A stretch of DNA of 64,000 nucleotides from Caldisericia bacterium (GCA_023146045.1 JAGLCW010000094.1:2579-66578), one strand, 5' to 3'. Shown: positions 1 to 11,000, counted from the stretch's first letter. A program made the numbers and translations. Notes: generated by a model from the letters alone, not told the origin.

Positions 1-1
1 T

Positions 2-313
2 GAATTTTCTTTGTGGAATGCATTTTTTCTAGGAATACTTTTTGGTGTTGGACTAGGTCCATGCACCTTTGCATATATGGCTCCGATGCTGGGTATTGTT
101 TTTCAAGAGGCATCAGCAAATTTGATATTTTCTATAGCAATGATTCTATCGTTTGCCATTGGACATTCTTTAGTAATTGTTTTCGCTGGAACATTTTCAG
201 AAGTTGTTCAAGGGTATCTAAAGTGGACACAAGATTCCAATGCAATTGTAATACTACGAAAGATTTGCGGTGTATTAGTTTTTATTGCAGGACTTTATTT
301 TTTGTTTAAATAG
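2..313 (+). CDS. 3' fragment of a CcdA/DsbD-family transmembrane thiol-disulfide transporter (cytochrome c biogenesis TM region). The frame is open to the window start
   Basis: Hydrophobic multi-TM C-terminus with a Cys in a TM helix ('LGPCTFAYMAPMLG'), typical of the DsbD/CcdA TM domain. The frame is open back to position 2, so the tool's TTG start at 11 is an artefact of the window edge. Confidence 0.45.
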   Translation, partial: EFSLWNAFFLGILFGVGLGPCTFAYMAPMLGIVFQEASANLIFSIAMILSFAIGHSLVIVFAGTFSEVVQGYLKWTQDSNAIVILRKICGVLVFIAGLYFLFK

Positions 314-343
314 GTTCTGGAAACATTTTAATGAAGTTTTCTA

Positions 344-934
344 TTGGAGGTCGCATTGAATGAAATTATTGCAATAACAGGTATGTGTGGATCTGGAAAA
401 ACAACTGCTGCTAATGTATTTAAGCAATTTGGCTATGAATATCTGCGGTTTGGACAAGTTGTTATGGATGAGCTGATAAAAAACCATCAGGAAATTAATG
501 AGAATAATGAAAGAAAAACTAGAGAAAAGCTTAGAAAAGATTATGGTATGGGAGCCTTTGCGGTATTAAACCAGCCGAAAATAAATTCATTAATTGTAAC
601 AACAAGTATAGTAATTGATGGTCTTTATAGTTTTGCTGAATACAAGTTGCTTAAACGAAAATATGGAGATAGACTTTTTAATCTGGCAATATATTCCCCT
701 CCAGCTGTGCGATATGTAAGATTAAAAAATAGACAAGCTGTAAGTGATGATAAAAATGTGTTATTCAGACCCTTAACACAAGTTGAAGCCGAAGAAAGAG
801 ACTATCATGAGATTGAAAAAGCAGATAAAGGTGGGCCAATAGCCATTGCTGATTGGACGATTTTAAACAATGATTTAATTGATATATTTATAAAAGATAT
901 TAAGGAGTTTCTGCATGAAAGAAGAAAAATATAA
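344..934 (+). CDS. P-loop nucleoside/nucleotide kinase-like protein
   Basis: Walker A 'ITGMCGSGKTT' near the N-terminus. About 196 aa. Overlaps and is co-directional with the downstream dCMP deaminase gene. Confidence 0.5.
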   Translation: MEVALNEIIAITGMCGSGKTTAANVFKQFGYEYLRFGQVVMDELIKNHQEINENNERKTREKLRKDYGMGAFAVLNQPKINSLIVTTSIVIDGLYSFAEYKLLKRKYGDRLFNLAIYSPPAVRYVRLKNRQAVSDDKNVLFRPLTQVEAEERDYHEIEKADKGGPIAIADWTILNNDLIDIFIKDIKEFLHERRKI

Positions 935-1397
935 TAGACCTACATGGGACGAATATTTTATGGAAGTAGTTCATGCAATTGCTAAAAGAGCTACATGCAG
1001 TAGGGGGAGAAGCGGTTGTGTAATTGCTAAAGATCATCAAATACTTGTTACAGGATATGTTGGGTCACCAGTGGGATTATCGCACTGTGACGATGTAGGA
1101 CACTTAATGAAAAAACAAGTGAATTTTGATGGTTCAATATCTGAACATTGCGTTAGAACTGTTCATGCTGAGCAAAATGCCATTTGCCAAGCAGCAAAAA
1201 GAGGAATATCAATAGATGGAGCAACTATCTATTGCACAATGACACCATGCAGAACTTGTACAATGCTAATAATTAACTGTGGAATCAAAAGAGTTTTTTG
1301 CGAAAGGAAATATCAATTAGCAAAAGAATCAGAAGAAATGTTTAAGCAAGCAGGTATCTCACTCGAGTATAAATTTAATGAGCCGCAACAGTATTAG
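915..1397 (+). CDS. comEB: dCMP deaminase (ComEB-type cytidine/deoxycytidylate deaminase)
   Basis: Zinc-binding motifs 'HAEQNAI' and 'PCRTCTMLI' (H-A-E ... P-C-x-x-C) of the CDA/dCMP deaminase fold. Confidence 0.8.
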   Translation: MKEEKYNRPTWDEYFMEVVHAIAKRATCSRGRSGCVIAKDHQILVTGYVGSPVGLSHCDDVGHLMKKQVNFDGSISEHCVRTVHAEQNAICQAAKRGISIDGATIYCTMTPCRTCTMLIINCGIKRVFCERKYQLAKESEEMFKQAGISLEYKFNEPQQY

Positions 1398-1418
1398 AAT
1401 TGCCTAAGTAGAGTAAAA

Positions 1419-2753
1419 TTACCTAAACTGAAAAGTAGCAAACACTGTATTAATTTCTTCAATAACAGATGACCTGTCAAATGGTTCAACAGTTCCTGGA
1501 TCGTAGTTCTCTATATTGGTTGAGTGTATTGTGATGTCTAGTTTGTAATTCATTTTAAGGCAATTACCAATAAACGATACAATTTCATAATCGTTACCAA
1601 CTGCAGCATCGCTATACTCATATCGATCAAATTCAATCCCATCAATAGTGCTTTTTGTTTTATTTTCTTTACTGTCTGATTTAAATGCAGTTAGATTATC
1701 CCATGATATTGTTACATATGCTTGAGCGAAGTTTGTTTTCCTGTTATCCGGGAAAGTAACAGGAAGATAGAAATTTACTGAACCTTCCGCGTGAGAATTA
1801 TCTGGACTAACTGTTACATTTCTGTTTGTCCTGTTTGGATTTATTATTGGAGTAGAAGGATAATGCAATAAAAAACTACCATTCTCAGCATAGATAGTTA
1901 AGTCGTTAGGATAATCAATTTCGGAGTATGCATTTTCATTAATTTTAAACTTTGTAAATTGTGAGATATCTTCGTATGGAATAAATACCTCCCAAATACC
2001 TGAGTTTGATTTACAAATTTGTTCAGAAAGGAAAAAAACTGTAATACCTTTTTTAAGGATCATTATATGTTTGTAATTTTCCTCATTAGAAGGGTCTGTC
2101 CCAGAAACAATTAGTTCTTTATCATATTTTGATGCCAAAAATTCGATATATTTACTATTTGTTGACTTAGGGTTTTTGAATTGTCTTGTTAAGCTGTTTT
2201 TACAAATTTCAGCAATTTCTTTTAAAAATTTATCATATGGAGAAAATAATTCTTTATTTAGAACCGTCTTTTCTTTTTTAAAATCATAGTTTAGTACAGA
2301 TACTAAATCTTCTGGTGATGAGCCACCAAAATTTGAAAAAAATGTATACGGAATTGAAATTAAACGAAAATCAAAATATGAGATATTGTATCCGTAATTT
2401 GTACTAGCGAATTGGTTTTTAAGGAAAGAATCATGATATTGAGATGCAAAATCTGAAACTAAGTCAATCTCTTTTTGTGGTATTGATTTGGATATTGAGT
2501 TAAAATTTTTGAATTCTGTGCCACTAATTTTTGGGTATGCACCTCTAATGTATAGGTGTTTATTCTCATTTTGGACTTCATTCCAGGATTTAATCACCGG
2601 AAAAGGCATTAAATCTTGGGTATACCAACCAATACTGCTAGAGTTTATTCTGACAGGCGTGAAAGGAACTGAAGTTTCAATTTTATCTGCACAAGACAAC
2701 ATTGAGGAAAAAAGAAGTGAAACAAGTATTATGGAGGTAATATGGTTTTTCAT
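1419..2753 (-). CDS. Hypothetical secreted lipoprotein
   Basis: N-terminal signal peptide with lipobox-like 'SMLSCAD'. No recognisable catalytic motif. Confidence 0.45.
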   Translation of the reverse strand: MKNHITSIILVSLLFSSMLSCADKIETSVPFTPVRINSSSIGWYTQDLMPFPVIKSWNEVQNENKHLYIRGAYPKISGTEFKNFNSISKSIPQKEIDLVSDFASQYHDSFLKNQFASTNYGYNISYFDFRLISIPYTFFSNFGGSSPEDLVSVLNYDFKKEKTVLNKELFSPYDKFLKEIAEICKNSLTRQFKNPKSTNSKYIEFLASKYDKELIVSGTDPSNEENYKHIMILKKGITVFFLSEQICKSNSGIWEVFIPYEDISQFTKFKINENAYSEIDYPNDLTIYAENGSFLLHYPSTPIINPNRTNRNVTVSPDNSHAEGSVNFYLPVTFPDNRKTNFAQAYVTISWDNLTAFKSDSKENKTKSTIDGIEFDRYEYSDAAVGNDYEIVSFIGNCLKMNYKLDITIHSTNIENYDPGTVEPFDRSSVIEEINTVFATFQFR

Positions 2754-2805
2754 AACAAAATTATAGCATGTGTAAGAATATCTGTGAATACTTAGTGGAA
2801 TATTA

Positions 2806-2897
2806 TGGCGGAGAGGGGGAGATTCGAACTCCCGGAGCGGGATAAACCACTCACTCGCTTAGCAGGCGAGCACCTTCAACCACTCGGTCACCTCTCC
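2806..2897 (-). tRNA. tRNA-Ser (anticodon GCU)
   Basis: The reverse complement folds as a class II tRNA: acceptor GGAGAGG/CCTCTCC, anticodon loop CTGCTAA, long variable arm, T-arm GGGAG-TTCGAAT-CTCCC, and an encoded CCA. Confidence 0.8.
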
Positions 2898-2943
2898 AGA
2901 CTTCTAAAAGGGTAAAATAATATTTTAGTAAGTCAAGGTAAAT

Positions 2944-3336
2944 CTAATAATCAATAACTGTTTTTGGAGCTTGGCTCCAAAAATCTTCTAAAGCGTATTT
3001 TTTTCTTTCTTCTGGCATGAACACGTGAATAATGATGTCACTAAAGTCGACAACTGTCCATTCGGGAGATTTTTCTTTAACTTGGTATAAAATTCTAATA
3101 CCTTTTGCTCGCATTTCTTTTTCTAGGTTATAGACAATTGTTTTCAAAAGAGTTGAATTATCTGCAGTACAAATAATGAAATAATTTGTTATGGATGTCA
3201 AATGATCCACTTTTAAGATTACAATATCTTCAGCTTTCATGTCCTTTAGTAATTCAATAATTAACTCTTTTTTTTGTTCGGTTGTTACTTTTTGAGTATC
3301 TATATCATTCCTCCTCGTATAAGTTGTTTTTTTCAA
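2944..3336 (-). CDS. rsfS: Ribosomal silencing factor RsfS (Iojap family)
   Basis: The core 'DHLTSITNYFIICTADNSTLLKTIVYNLEKEMRAKG...HVFMPEERKKYALEDFW' matches the RsfS/Iojap family. The true start may be the internal Met (MKAEDIVILKV). Confidence 0.75.
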   Translation of the reverse strand: MKKTTYTRRNDIDTQKVTTEQKKELIIELLKDMKAEDIVILKVDHLTSITNYFIICTADNSTLLKTIVYNLEKEMRAKGIRILYQVKEKSPEWTVVDFSDIIIHVFMPEERKKYALEDFWSQAPKTVIDY

Positions 3337-3937
3337 TATAAGATTTTACACAGCTTGGTAAAAGATAATTAATGGATTCTTTATGTTTTATTTTATCCCG
3401 AATCATGCTGGAAGAAATATCTATACCTAACATGGGGAATAACTTTATTCTATTAGCAGCTTCAGGTAAACGATGATAAAGAGCAGATAAAGTTTTTTGA
3501 TCAATTTTATAATTTGGTCTGTTACCAACTAAGAAAGTTATACTTTGTAGTAGCTCTTTTGGAGACTTCCATGAATCTAGATGGAGAATTGAATCTGCCC
3601 CAACAATAAAATTGAATTTTTCGTTGTTTTGAAACTGTTTTTTCTTTTTCAATAGTTTAAGTGTGTCAATAGTGTAACACGGTGAATCTTTTGATACCTC
3701 TGTGGAAAGAACAGAAAAAAATGGATTTGATTCTGTTGCAAGGACGCACATATTGTATCTAGATTTTGATACTACCAACGCATGATCCTTAAAATGACCT
3801 GGGTTTCCTACTGGAATGAAGTAAATATGCTCTAACGAAAAATGAATACGAGCCTGTTCTGCTAATATTAAGTGACCAATGTGAATTGGATCAAAGGAGC
3901 CGCCGAAAAAACCAATATTACGATTCTTTAAAACCAT
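3305..3937 (-). CDS. nadD: Nicotinate-nucleotide adenylyltransferase
   Basis: N-terminal 'GFFGGSFDPIHIGHL' (HxGH nucleotidyltransferase motif). Sits in the canonical obg-nadD-rsfS arrangement. Confidence 0.85.
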   Translation of the reverse strand: MVLKNRNIGFFGGSFDPIHIGHLILAEQARIHFSLEHIYFIPVGNPGHFKDHALVVSKSRYNMCVLATESNPFFSVLSTEVSKDSPCYTIDTLKLLKKKKQFQNNEKFNFIVGADSILHLDSWKSPKELLQSITFLVGNRPNYKIDQKTLSALYHRLPEAANRIKLFPMLGIDISSSMIRDKIKHKESINYLLPSCVKSYIEKNNLYEEE

Positions 3938-5232
3938 TGGAAGCGTTTCCCACCTAGTTCAACAAGGTCATCTTCTTTTATGCCATGAAATTTTAATATT
4001 GAATCAATATGATACTTTCTAAACATTCTGAAAACATATCTTAAACTTCCAGCATATCCTAAGTCAGTTCCAGCTATAGTACGCTCTAATTTTTCACAAT
4101 GAACTACATATACCCCGTTTTCAATAGTTACACTTACTGCATTGTCTTTTAATGTTTGGATTTCATAGGTTTCTTCTTCTAGTGGAATTTCAGGTAAATT
4201 TTTAACAGTTTCATACAAATAATTGCATAATGTGTCTAAATTATCTCCATTTTTTCCAGATATAAAGAAATAGGGTTTTCCAGTAGTCTTAAACTGTTCT
4301 TCAATATACGGCATGTTTTTCATACCATTAGCTGTATCAATTTTGTTACCGCATATAACAGTCGTTCTAGAGAATAAATCTTCGTCATAGTCTTTTACTT
4401 CATTAAACAAAACATTTAATGTTTTAAGGCATTCTTCTGGTGTTTCTGTGTCAATGTCTATTAGATATAAAAGAAGTCTGCATCTTTCAATATGGCGCAA
4501 AAATTTAAAACCTAACCCTTTCCCATCGGAAGCACCTTCAATGATTCCAGGTATATCTGCAAACGTAAATGTGCGACCAGGTGAAATTGTGTATACTCCA
4601 ACATTGGGAATTATTGTTGTAAATGGATATGCACCAATTTTAGGGTTAGCATTAGTTGTTTTTGATAGTAATGTTGATTTGCCAGCATTCGGAAGTCCAA
4701 CTAATCCAACATCAGCGATAGATTTCAATTCTAAAAATACTTCTTTGTCTTCTCCAAGAGCTCCTTTTTCTGCTATGCGCGGAGCTTGATCTACAGAATT
4801 TGTAAACGAGGAGTTACCCTTGCCTCCAATTCCGCCTTTTGCTATAAGCACTCTCTCTTGGTGGTGGTTTAAATCAGCTAAAAGCCTTAGCGAAGGAGTC
4901 TGTTTAACTCCTGATTCAACTAAATCTAGTGGTTTTATTATTTCGTAAATAAGCGTTCCGATTGGAACAAGGACGGTTTTATCTTGTCCTTTTTTCCCAT
5001 TACATTTAGAGCTCCCGCCGTTTACGCCTTTTTGGGCAAAAAAATGACGCCTGTGGAAGAAATCACCTAATGATGACAAACCATTGTTGGCTTCCATGTA
5101 AACATTTCCACCATGGCCACCATGACCGCCATCTGGTCCACCTTTTTGTACGAATTTCTCTTTTCTAAAGCTGATAACTCCATCTCCGCCTTTACCAGCT
5201 TTAACAAAGATTTTTATTTCATCAACAAACAT
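3928..5232 (-). CDS. obg: GTPase Obg/CgtA
   Basis: Obg N-terminal glycine-rich fold (GGDGGHGGHGG), G-domain motifs (GLPNAGKST, DIPG, NKID) and a C-terminal OCT-like domain. Confidence 0.9.
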   Translation of the reverse strand: MFVDEIKIFVKAGKGGDGVISFRKEKFVQKGGPDGGHGGHGGNVYMEANNGLSSLGDFFHRRHFFAQKGVNGGSSKCNGKKGQDKTVLVPIGTLIYEIIKPLDLVESGVKQTPSLRLLADLNHHQERVLIAKGGIGGKGNSSFTNSVDQAPRIAEKGALGEDKEVFLELKSIADVGLVGLPNAGKSTLLSKTTNANPKIGAYPFTTIIPNVGVYTISPGRTFTFADIPGIIEGASDGKGLGFKFLRHIERCRLLLYLIDIDTETPEECLKTLNVLFNEVKDYDEDLFSRTTVICGNKIDTANGMKNMPYIEEQFKTTGKPYFFISGKNGDNLDTLCNYLYETVKNLPEIPLEEETYEIQTLKDNAVSVTIENGVYVVHCEKLERTIAGTDLGYAGSLRYVFRMFRKYHIDSILKFHGIKEDDLVELGGKRFQWF

Positions 5233-5243
5233 AATTATTTAAA

Positions 5244-5283
5244 CAAAAAAAGCCCTTTCCATAACCGGAAAGGGCTTTTTTTG
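5244..5283. terminator. Bidirectional rho-independent terminator between rpmA and obg
   Basis: Perfect hairpin AGCCCTTTCC-ATAACC-GGAAAGGGCT, flanked by an A-tract upstream and a T-tract downstream. Confidence 0.7.
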
Positions 5284-5295
5284 TTTAGCATAAAG

Positions 5296-5547
5296 TTAGT
5301 CAATTGGTAAGACCGAAACTTTTTTGCGTGATCTTCCATAACGTTCAAATTTTACTTTTCCAACAGCGGTGGCTGAAAGTGTAAAATCTCTACCTTGTAC
5401 TACATTTAATCCAGGATATACATTGCTTCCTCTTTGACGAGTTATAATGCTTCCTGGTTGTGCTAATTGACCATCGTATAATTTTACTCCCAAATAGTTG
5501 GGGTTTGAATCTCGACCGTTAGTTCCAGTTTTATTTTTTCTACCCAT
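5296..5547 (-). CDS. rpmA: 50S ribosomal protein L27
   Basis: Typical L27 sequence ([12 protein letters not shown]...[12 protein letters not shown]...). No rplU (L21) lies directly upstream. Confidence 0.85.
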   Translation of the reverse strand: MGRKNKTGTNGRDSNPNYLGVKLYDGQLAQPGSIITRQRGSNVYPGLNVVQGRDFTLSATAVGKVKFERYGRSRKKVSVLPID

Positions 5548-5625
5548 AACATGCTCCTGTTAAATTAAAATAATTAATATCGCAAATTGGTATTCTATCA
5601 AAATATGTAGAATTTACAACACTAA

Positions 5626-7941
5626 TCAATATGTAATTGTAATTGTCTGAGTTTTACCATCCCAATCAATTTTTGCTCCAAATGCTTCTGCAATAAATCT
5701 TAGTGGAACGAATGTTCTCCCACTGCTAATAACTGGGGCTGTATCCAAAATTACTTTCTCTCCATTTACAGTTGCAATAGGCTTGCCGATGCTCATACTA
5801 ATTTCATTTTTACCTTGTGTAATTGTAATTGTCTGAGTTTTACCATCCCAATCAATTTTTGCTCCAAATGCTTCTGCAATAATTCTTATTGGAACAACTG
5901 TTCTCCCTTTTGAAATAAAAGGTGAAGCCTCCATTATCTTTGGTTCACCGTTTATTAAAACTGTTTTATTGCCAATCACGAACCTAATTATTACTGGTTC
6001 CTTTGTGTAGTTAAATGTTACTGGAATTTTTAAATCTCCACCATTTGATGTGATCATTATAAATCCATTGTTTTCACCGGTTTTTGCATTTTGCGGATCA
6101 AACATAAGCTTTACAGTCTTTTTTCTATTCCCAAGTATTGAAAAAGATGTAACAGAAGCTGTAAGCCATGGGCCATCAATCTCAACAGAGCCAGACATTT
6201 TTGCTGCACCAATATTCAGCATGGAAAGCTTCACTTCTATTGGATCACTGTCTGTCGTAACATAAATTGTATCTTCTTTCAATGAGTCACACTCAATGGA
6301 AAGTTCTGCAGGGGCTTCTACAATTTCAAGTTTAACGGGAACATTAAATTCTTCCTTTTCAACTTTAAAGATTAGAGTATCTTTAAAGGTTGCGATCTTT
6401 AATTTTTTGGTATTGATTGATACACTTATCTTTTTTTCTTCGCCTGGCTCAAGAGAGAATTCTTCATTTGTGTCAATTTTAATAAATGTTGGAACTTGCT
6501 CAATAGAAACTTCTGCTTTCGCGTCTCCAGTGTTAGAGATTGTGATGCTTTCTTTAGCTTCTTTAGCTTCTGTGTCAATTACAGTGCCAAAATCTATTTC
6601 TTGTGGAGCGATTACAATTGCTGCTGCAAGAATCACGACACTAATTGTAATTTCTTTGTCACCACCATCGGATTTAATATTGATCGTTCCCGTGTAGGCT
6701 CCAGACGACAATTTGCTAGTGCTAATATGTATTTTACATTTAGTCTTATTCTCACTAAAGCTTCTTGGACTAGTTCTTAGCCATTTTTCAGAAGAAGAAA
6801 TGGAGCCACTAATTGGACCATCATAAATATTGTTAACTGTGAATTCCTTTGATTTTCCTGAACCTCGTTTTACTTCACCAAAATCAACGTTACTTAAATC
6901 GATTTGAATTTTAGGGGTGTGTAAAACTTGAAGTTTAAAAGGAACTGATTTTTTGTATGTGCTACCATTAATAGACAGGATGCCCCTGTATGTTCCAGGG
7001 TCTAATCCTTTTGTGTTTATGCTTAATTTAGCTTTAGTTTCACTCAGAGCAGACAACGAAAAATTTTTGTTAAGTTTAAAAAAAGTTTCGTTACACTCAA
7101 TACTTACTGTTTCTGATTTACTACCACAATTTCTAATATTTAAATTTGTTGTTGCTTTGCCGTTTTGTTTCATTTGACCGAAGTCAATTTCATTTGGGTA
7201 GGAAGCAATAACAGCACCAGAAGCATTTATTTTCTTTTGACCAAAAGCGAAATAAGAAGAATTTTCAATTCCAATTCTGCTTTCTATCCAAGCATATGCC
7301 CTAAGCATTTCTACGGACCAATCGGGGTCTATCTCAACTGTTACTTCTGCAATACCTTTTGTGTCGTTTACTTTAACTGTTCCACCAGTTCGAGAAACAA
7401 AACGATGGCGTTTTTCTCCATTTGATCCTTTGGCGTAAATAAAATCTTCTGCTAGACAGTAGTATATTTCAGCACGATCTGGAAGTTTTGAGTATTCTAT
7501 TTTAAACGTTACAGTGTTATCACTAATGCTGCTTTGTTCAACAGAAATTTCGCATGAAGAACCTCTAGCTTTTGATTTTTTAATTTGAGATTGAAGAGTG
7601 TCGGTGTCTCTTCCTGGACACTTTTTTGTGTCAATGTAAAAGGAAGGGAACCCACCAACTGATAATTTTGCCATTCTGGAATTAGCAAAGCTATTACCCA
7701 TTGGATCTCCGCCATTTGAAGAATGGTGTTTAAGCAATATGAAGTCTTTTTCTCCATAGCGAGAGTATAGTGCATCTATTGTTTCGCTGGCATCAGGACA
7801 ATAGCCACACCATGTAGCAGTGAATTGCTCAACCAAAACCATCTTTTTAACTATAGCCGAAGCTTTTTTTGTTGGGCTCCCAACGAATAGCATCCCAAAA
7901 GCTATTGCAAATATGGTTATTATTGAAAATGTCCTTTTCAT
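5626..7941 (-). CDS. Secreted multidomain protein: signal peptide, thioredoxin-like domain (WCGYC), Ig-like/CARDB-like repeats, and two C-terminal CuAO-N (copper amine oxidase N-terminal-like) domains
   Basis: Signal peptide; 'TATWCGYCPDAS' CxxC motif. The C-terminus has two near-identical 'VPIRIIAEAFGAKIDWDGKTQTITIT' CuAO-N domains. Confidence 0.65.
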   Translation of the reverse strand: MKRTFSIITIFAIAFGMLFVGSPTKKASAIVKKMVLVEQFTATWCGYCPDASETIDALYSRYGEKDFILLKHHSSNGGDPMGNSFANSRMAKLSVGGFPSFYIDTKKCPGRDTDTLQSQIKKSKARGSSCEISVEQSSISDNTVTFKIEYSKLPDRAEIYYCLAEDFIYAKGSNGEKRHRFVSRTGGTVKVNDTKGIAEVTVEIDPDWSVEMLRAYAWIESRIGIENSSYFAFGQKKINASGAVIASYPNEIDFGQMKQNGKATTNLNIRNCGSKSETVSIECNETFFKLNKNFSLSALSETKAKLSINTKGLDPGTYRGILSINGSTYKKSVPFKLQVLHTPKIQIDLSNVDFGEVKRGSGKSKEFTVNNIYDGPISGSISSSEKWLRTSPRSFSENKTKCKIHISTSKLSSGAYTGTINIKSDGGDKEITISVVILAAAIVIAPQEIDFGTVIDTEAKEAKESITISNTGDAKAEVSIEQVPTFIKIDTNEEFSLEPGEEKKISVSINTKKLKIATFKDTLIFKVEKEEFNVPVKLEIVEAPAELSIECDSLKEDTIYVTTDSDPIEVKLSMLNIGAAKMSGSVEIDGPWLTASVTSFSILGNRKKTVKLMFDPQNAKTGENNGFIMITSNGGDLKIPVTFNYTKEPVIIRFVIGNKTVLINGEPKIMEASPFISKGRTVVPIRIIAEAFGAKIDWDGKTQTITITQGKNEISMSIGKPIATVNGEKVILDTAPVISSGRTFVPLRFIAEAFGAKIDWDGKTQTITITY

Positions 7942-7989
7942 ACAATGGACCTCCTGATTGTTTTTTCTTATTGTAACATATGATTTTAG

Positions 7990-8066
7990 AATAATGAAAG
8001 GAATAAAAGTTCAATTTCATTTAGTTTGCCTAGGATAATGTTGTAGAATAGTTAAAAACAATATAT
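7990..8066 (+). promoter_or_regulatory. Putative promoter/RBS region for the giant surface protein gene, within the divergent intergenic region
   Basis: AT-rich 139-nt divergent intergenic region. TTGCCT...TGTAGAAT (extended -10-like) followed by TAGGAGGA 7 nt before the ATG at 8081. Confidence 0.3.
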
Positions 8067-8080
8067 GTAGGAGGAATGAT

Positions 8081-11000
8081 ATGAAAAGATCCTGGATTCA
8101 ACGTACATTGGTTTATTTATGTGTTTTGGTTCTATTTTTTACTATTTTGCCAGTTAAGCAATCAATAGCAATTCCAAGGCCCTGTAATGGAGCAATTAGT
8201 GGTAGTATTTCGCCTGCATCATGCGGAGCAGGTTTTAGGATTACCGTAAAAAACGAGAATGGAGAAACTTTATGGGAAGGTACTACCGATAGCCAAGGAA
8301 ATTTTACTACACCATTTAGCTTACCAGGAGGTACTGCAATAGTCGAAGCAATGAAAATAGGTTGTAACATTACACCTTCTTCACAAAAAGTAACTGTCGA
8401 ATGCGAAAAAAAAGCAACAGTAAGGTTTACTTGTAAATGTGAAGGACACGAAGAAAAAGGCAGAATACTTGTCTACATGCCAAAAAATTGTTTGCGTGGT
8501 ACTTCTGTACGAATTACTGGAGTAAGTAACAACCAGTCAATGAATTTGACAGAGTATAATCAACAGGGAGCTTTTGATTCTGGTTGTGAGTTATTTTGTA
8601 ATACAGAGTATGTCGTACAACCAATAAATAAAAATTGTACTTTTTCTCCAGAATCTAGAAGAGTAAAAGTTGCGTGTTGTCCAAAAGAAACCAAAGTAAC
8701 TTTTAGTTGTGATTGCAAAAAAGATTCAGGAAGAATTGTTGTATATATGCCTGAAGATTGTAAACCTGGAACTTATGTTGATATTTTTAATGAACAAGGA
8801 ACTATTGTAAAAACATTAAGCGGTGTTTTTGATACAGGGTGTACGTTGCCGTGTCAAAAATCATACAAAGTTGTTCCAAGGCATCCACAAAAGGCATTTA
8901 CTCCAAAATCTGTAGTTGTAAATGTTCCATGTTGTCCAGAATATGCAAGAGCTGAGTTTACTAAATGCACTAGTGGTAGCATGAACAAAGGAAGAATTAA
9001 GATTGAAATTCCTAGAAGTTGTATTTCAGGTACCACTGTGAATGTTTATAATTCTAATGGTTCATTAGTTAAAACTCTTAATTCTGCTTCTAGAGGTGGA
9101 TACTTTGATACAGAATGTACTCTTCCTTGCCCCGGAATGTATAACATAATTCCCAAAAACGCAAACATGGTTTTTTCACCTGCTTCTCAGCGTGTTTCAG
9201 TAAAGTGCTGTCCTGATATATCTCAGATAAGCTTTAGATGTTCTGAAAAACCAAAAGAAAAAGGAAGAATTGTCGTAAAGCTTCCTTATAAGTGCATTAA
9301 AGTTGACAATGTAACAACAGTTATAAATCTCTACAATGAAAAAGGATCCCTAGTTGATATAATAAAACCAGATTCTCAAGGTCAATATGACACTCAGTGT
9401 TCTATAGAAAGCGGCAAAAATTATACACTTGTTCCTCAGAATGATAACTGCACATTTAGTCCATCAAAAAAACAAGTTCTTGTTTTGCCATGTCCTGACA
9501 TCACGACTGCAGCATTTACGTGCGAATGCGGTTCAAAAAAAGGGCGCATTATTGTTAAAATGGACGAAAAGTGTTTAAGTGGAACTAAAATTAACATTTA
9601 TGATGAAAACGGAAGACTGTATACTACATTAACTTCTGTTAACCCTCAAGGAGAATTTGATTCAGGATGTTCAATCCCATGCAATAAAAAATATGAAATT
9701 GTTCCATATAACCCTTCTTTCAATTTTTCCCCAAGTAGGAAAGTTGTTTATTTAAAATGTTGCCCAGATATTTCAACAGTAATATTTTCATGTGGAAGCA
9801 CTCAGAAAAAAGGGAGTTTTGCAATATATGTTCCAGAAAATTGTCAAAAAGGAACTTCAATATATATTTATGACACTCACGGTAATGTTGCAAAAATTAT
9901 TACATCTGTAGACTCTGATGGCTATTTTAGAACAGGATGTACATTATTGTGCAATGAATCTTATAAAATTGTACCAAAAAACAATAGTTGTACATTTGAT
10001 CCACCAGTTAAGCAATTAGTACTTGACTGCTGTCCATCTGAAACAAAAACTTCATTCGAATGTGATTGCGAAGAAAAAGATGGGCGAATAAAAGTACACC
10101 TATCTAGAGAATGTGCTACAGATGCGGTTATACATATATATGATATCAATAATAATTTAGTTATAACTGTGACCTCGAATATTGGAGGGGTTTTTGATAC
10201 TGGATGTGTGCTTCCTTGCGATAAATATTACAAGGTTGTACCAGAGAAAAAAGATTGTACTTTTTCACCAGCATCTAAAACTATAGAAAAATTGTTGTGC
10301 TGTCCAGAGATAAACCAGGTTGCATTTGAGTGTGAGTGTGATAAAAATGGTGGTAGACTGTTAATTAAAATACCAGAAGATTGCATTAACGTAGAAAAAG
10401 AGCAAACTGCAATTTACATATATGACCAAGCAGGTAATATTGCTGATATTATTAATGCCCCAGGTGCTGATGGATATTACGATACTGGAAAAACTTTGAA
10501 ATGTGACGAGTTTTATAAAGTTAAGCCAAAAAACAGTCTGTGTACTTTTTCTCCAGAATCTCAATTGGTCAAAGTAGATTGTTCTAAGGATGGTAAAACA
10601 GTACAATTCCAATGTTCTTGTACGTCTAAAAAAGGTAGGATATATTCTAGAATTGATGGAGGATATGACGGTGTATCTCTGCAAGTATTTGACGAAAGTT
10701 CAAAGCACTTGATCTTAACACTGACAAATCCTGGTTCAAATGGGTTTGATACAGGGTGTATACTTTCAACAAATACAATGTATAAGCTTGTCCCAAGCAA
10801 AGACGGATGTACTTTTTCTCCACCTTCAATTAGTGTACAGCCTAAAGCATGTCCAGATTCAGCATCTGTTACTTTCAAGTTAAAATGTCAACCGGATTGT
10901 TTTGGTGGATTCAAGGGTTATTTTTTAAACCGTTATACCAAAGGGACATCAATTCAAATATTGAAAAATGGAAACGTAACTAAAACAATTCAATCAGATT

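Noticed and set aside
13-309. Alternative-frame 98-aa ORF at the window start
   Set aside because: It overlaps the better-supported CcdA-like frame. The translation is Cys/Arg-rich without hydrophobic helices and is probably spurious.
5548-5625. Expected rplU (L21) gene upstream of rpmA
   Set aside because: Only 78 nt of non-coding sequence lies between rpmA and the next gene. L21 is not encoded here. This is noted as an absence, not a feature.
6050-7775. Several 70-130-aa ORFs on the + strand (6050-6265, 6296-6697, 6496-6780, 6953-7177, 7165-7425) and an 88-aa minus-strand ORF in another frame (7509-7775), all inside the 5626-7941 gene
   Set aside because: They lie entirely within a long, well-supported minus-strand coding sequence and have low-complexity translations. 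They are shadow ORFs.
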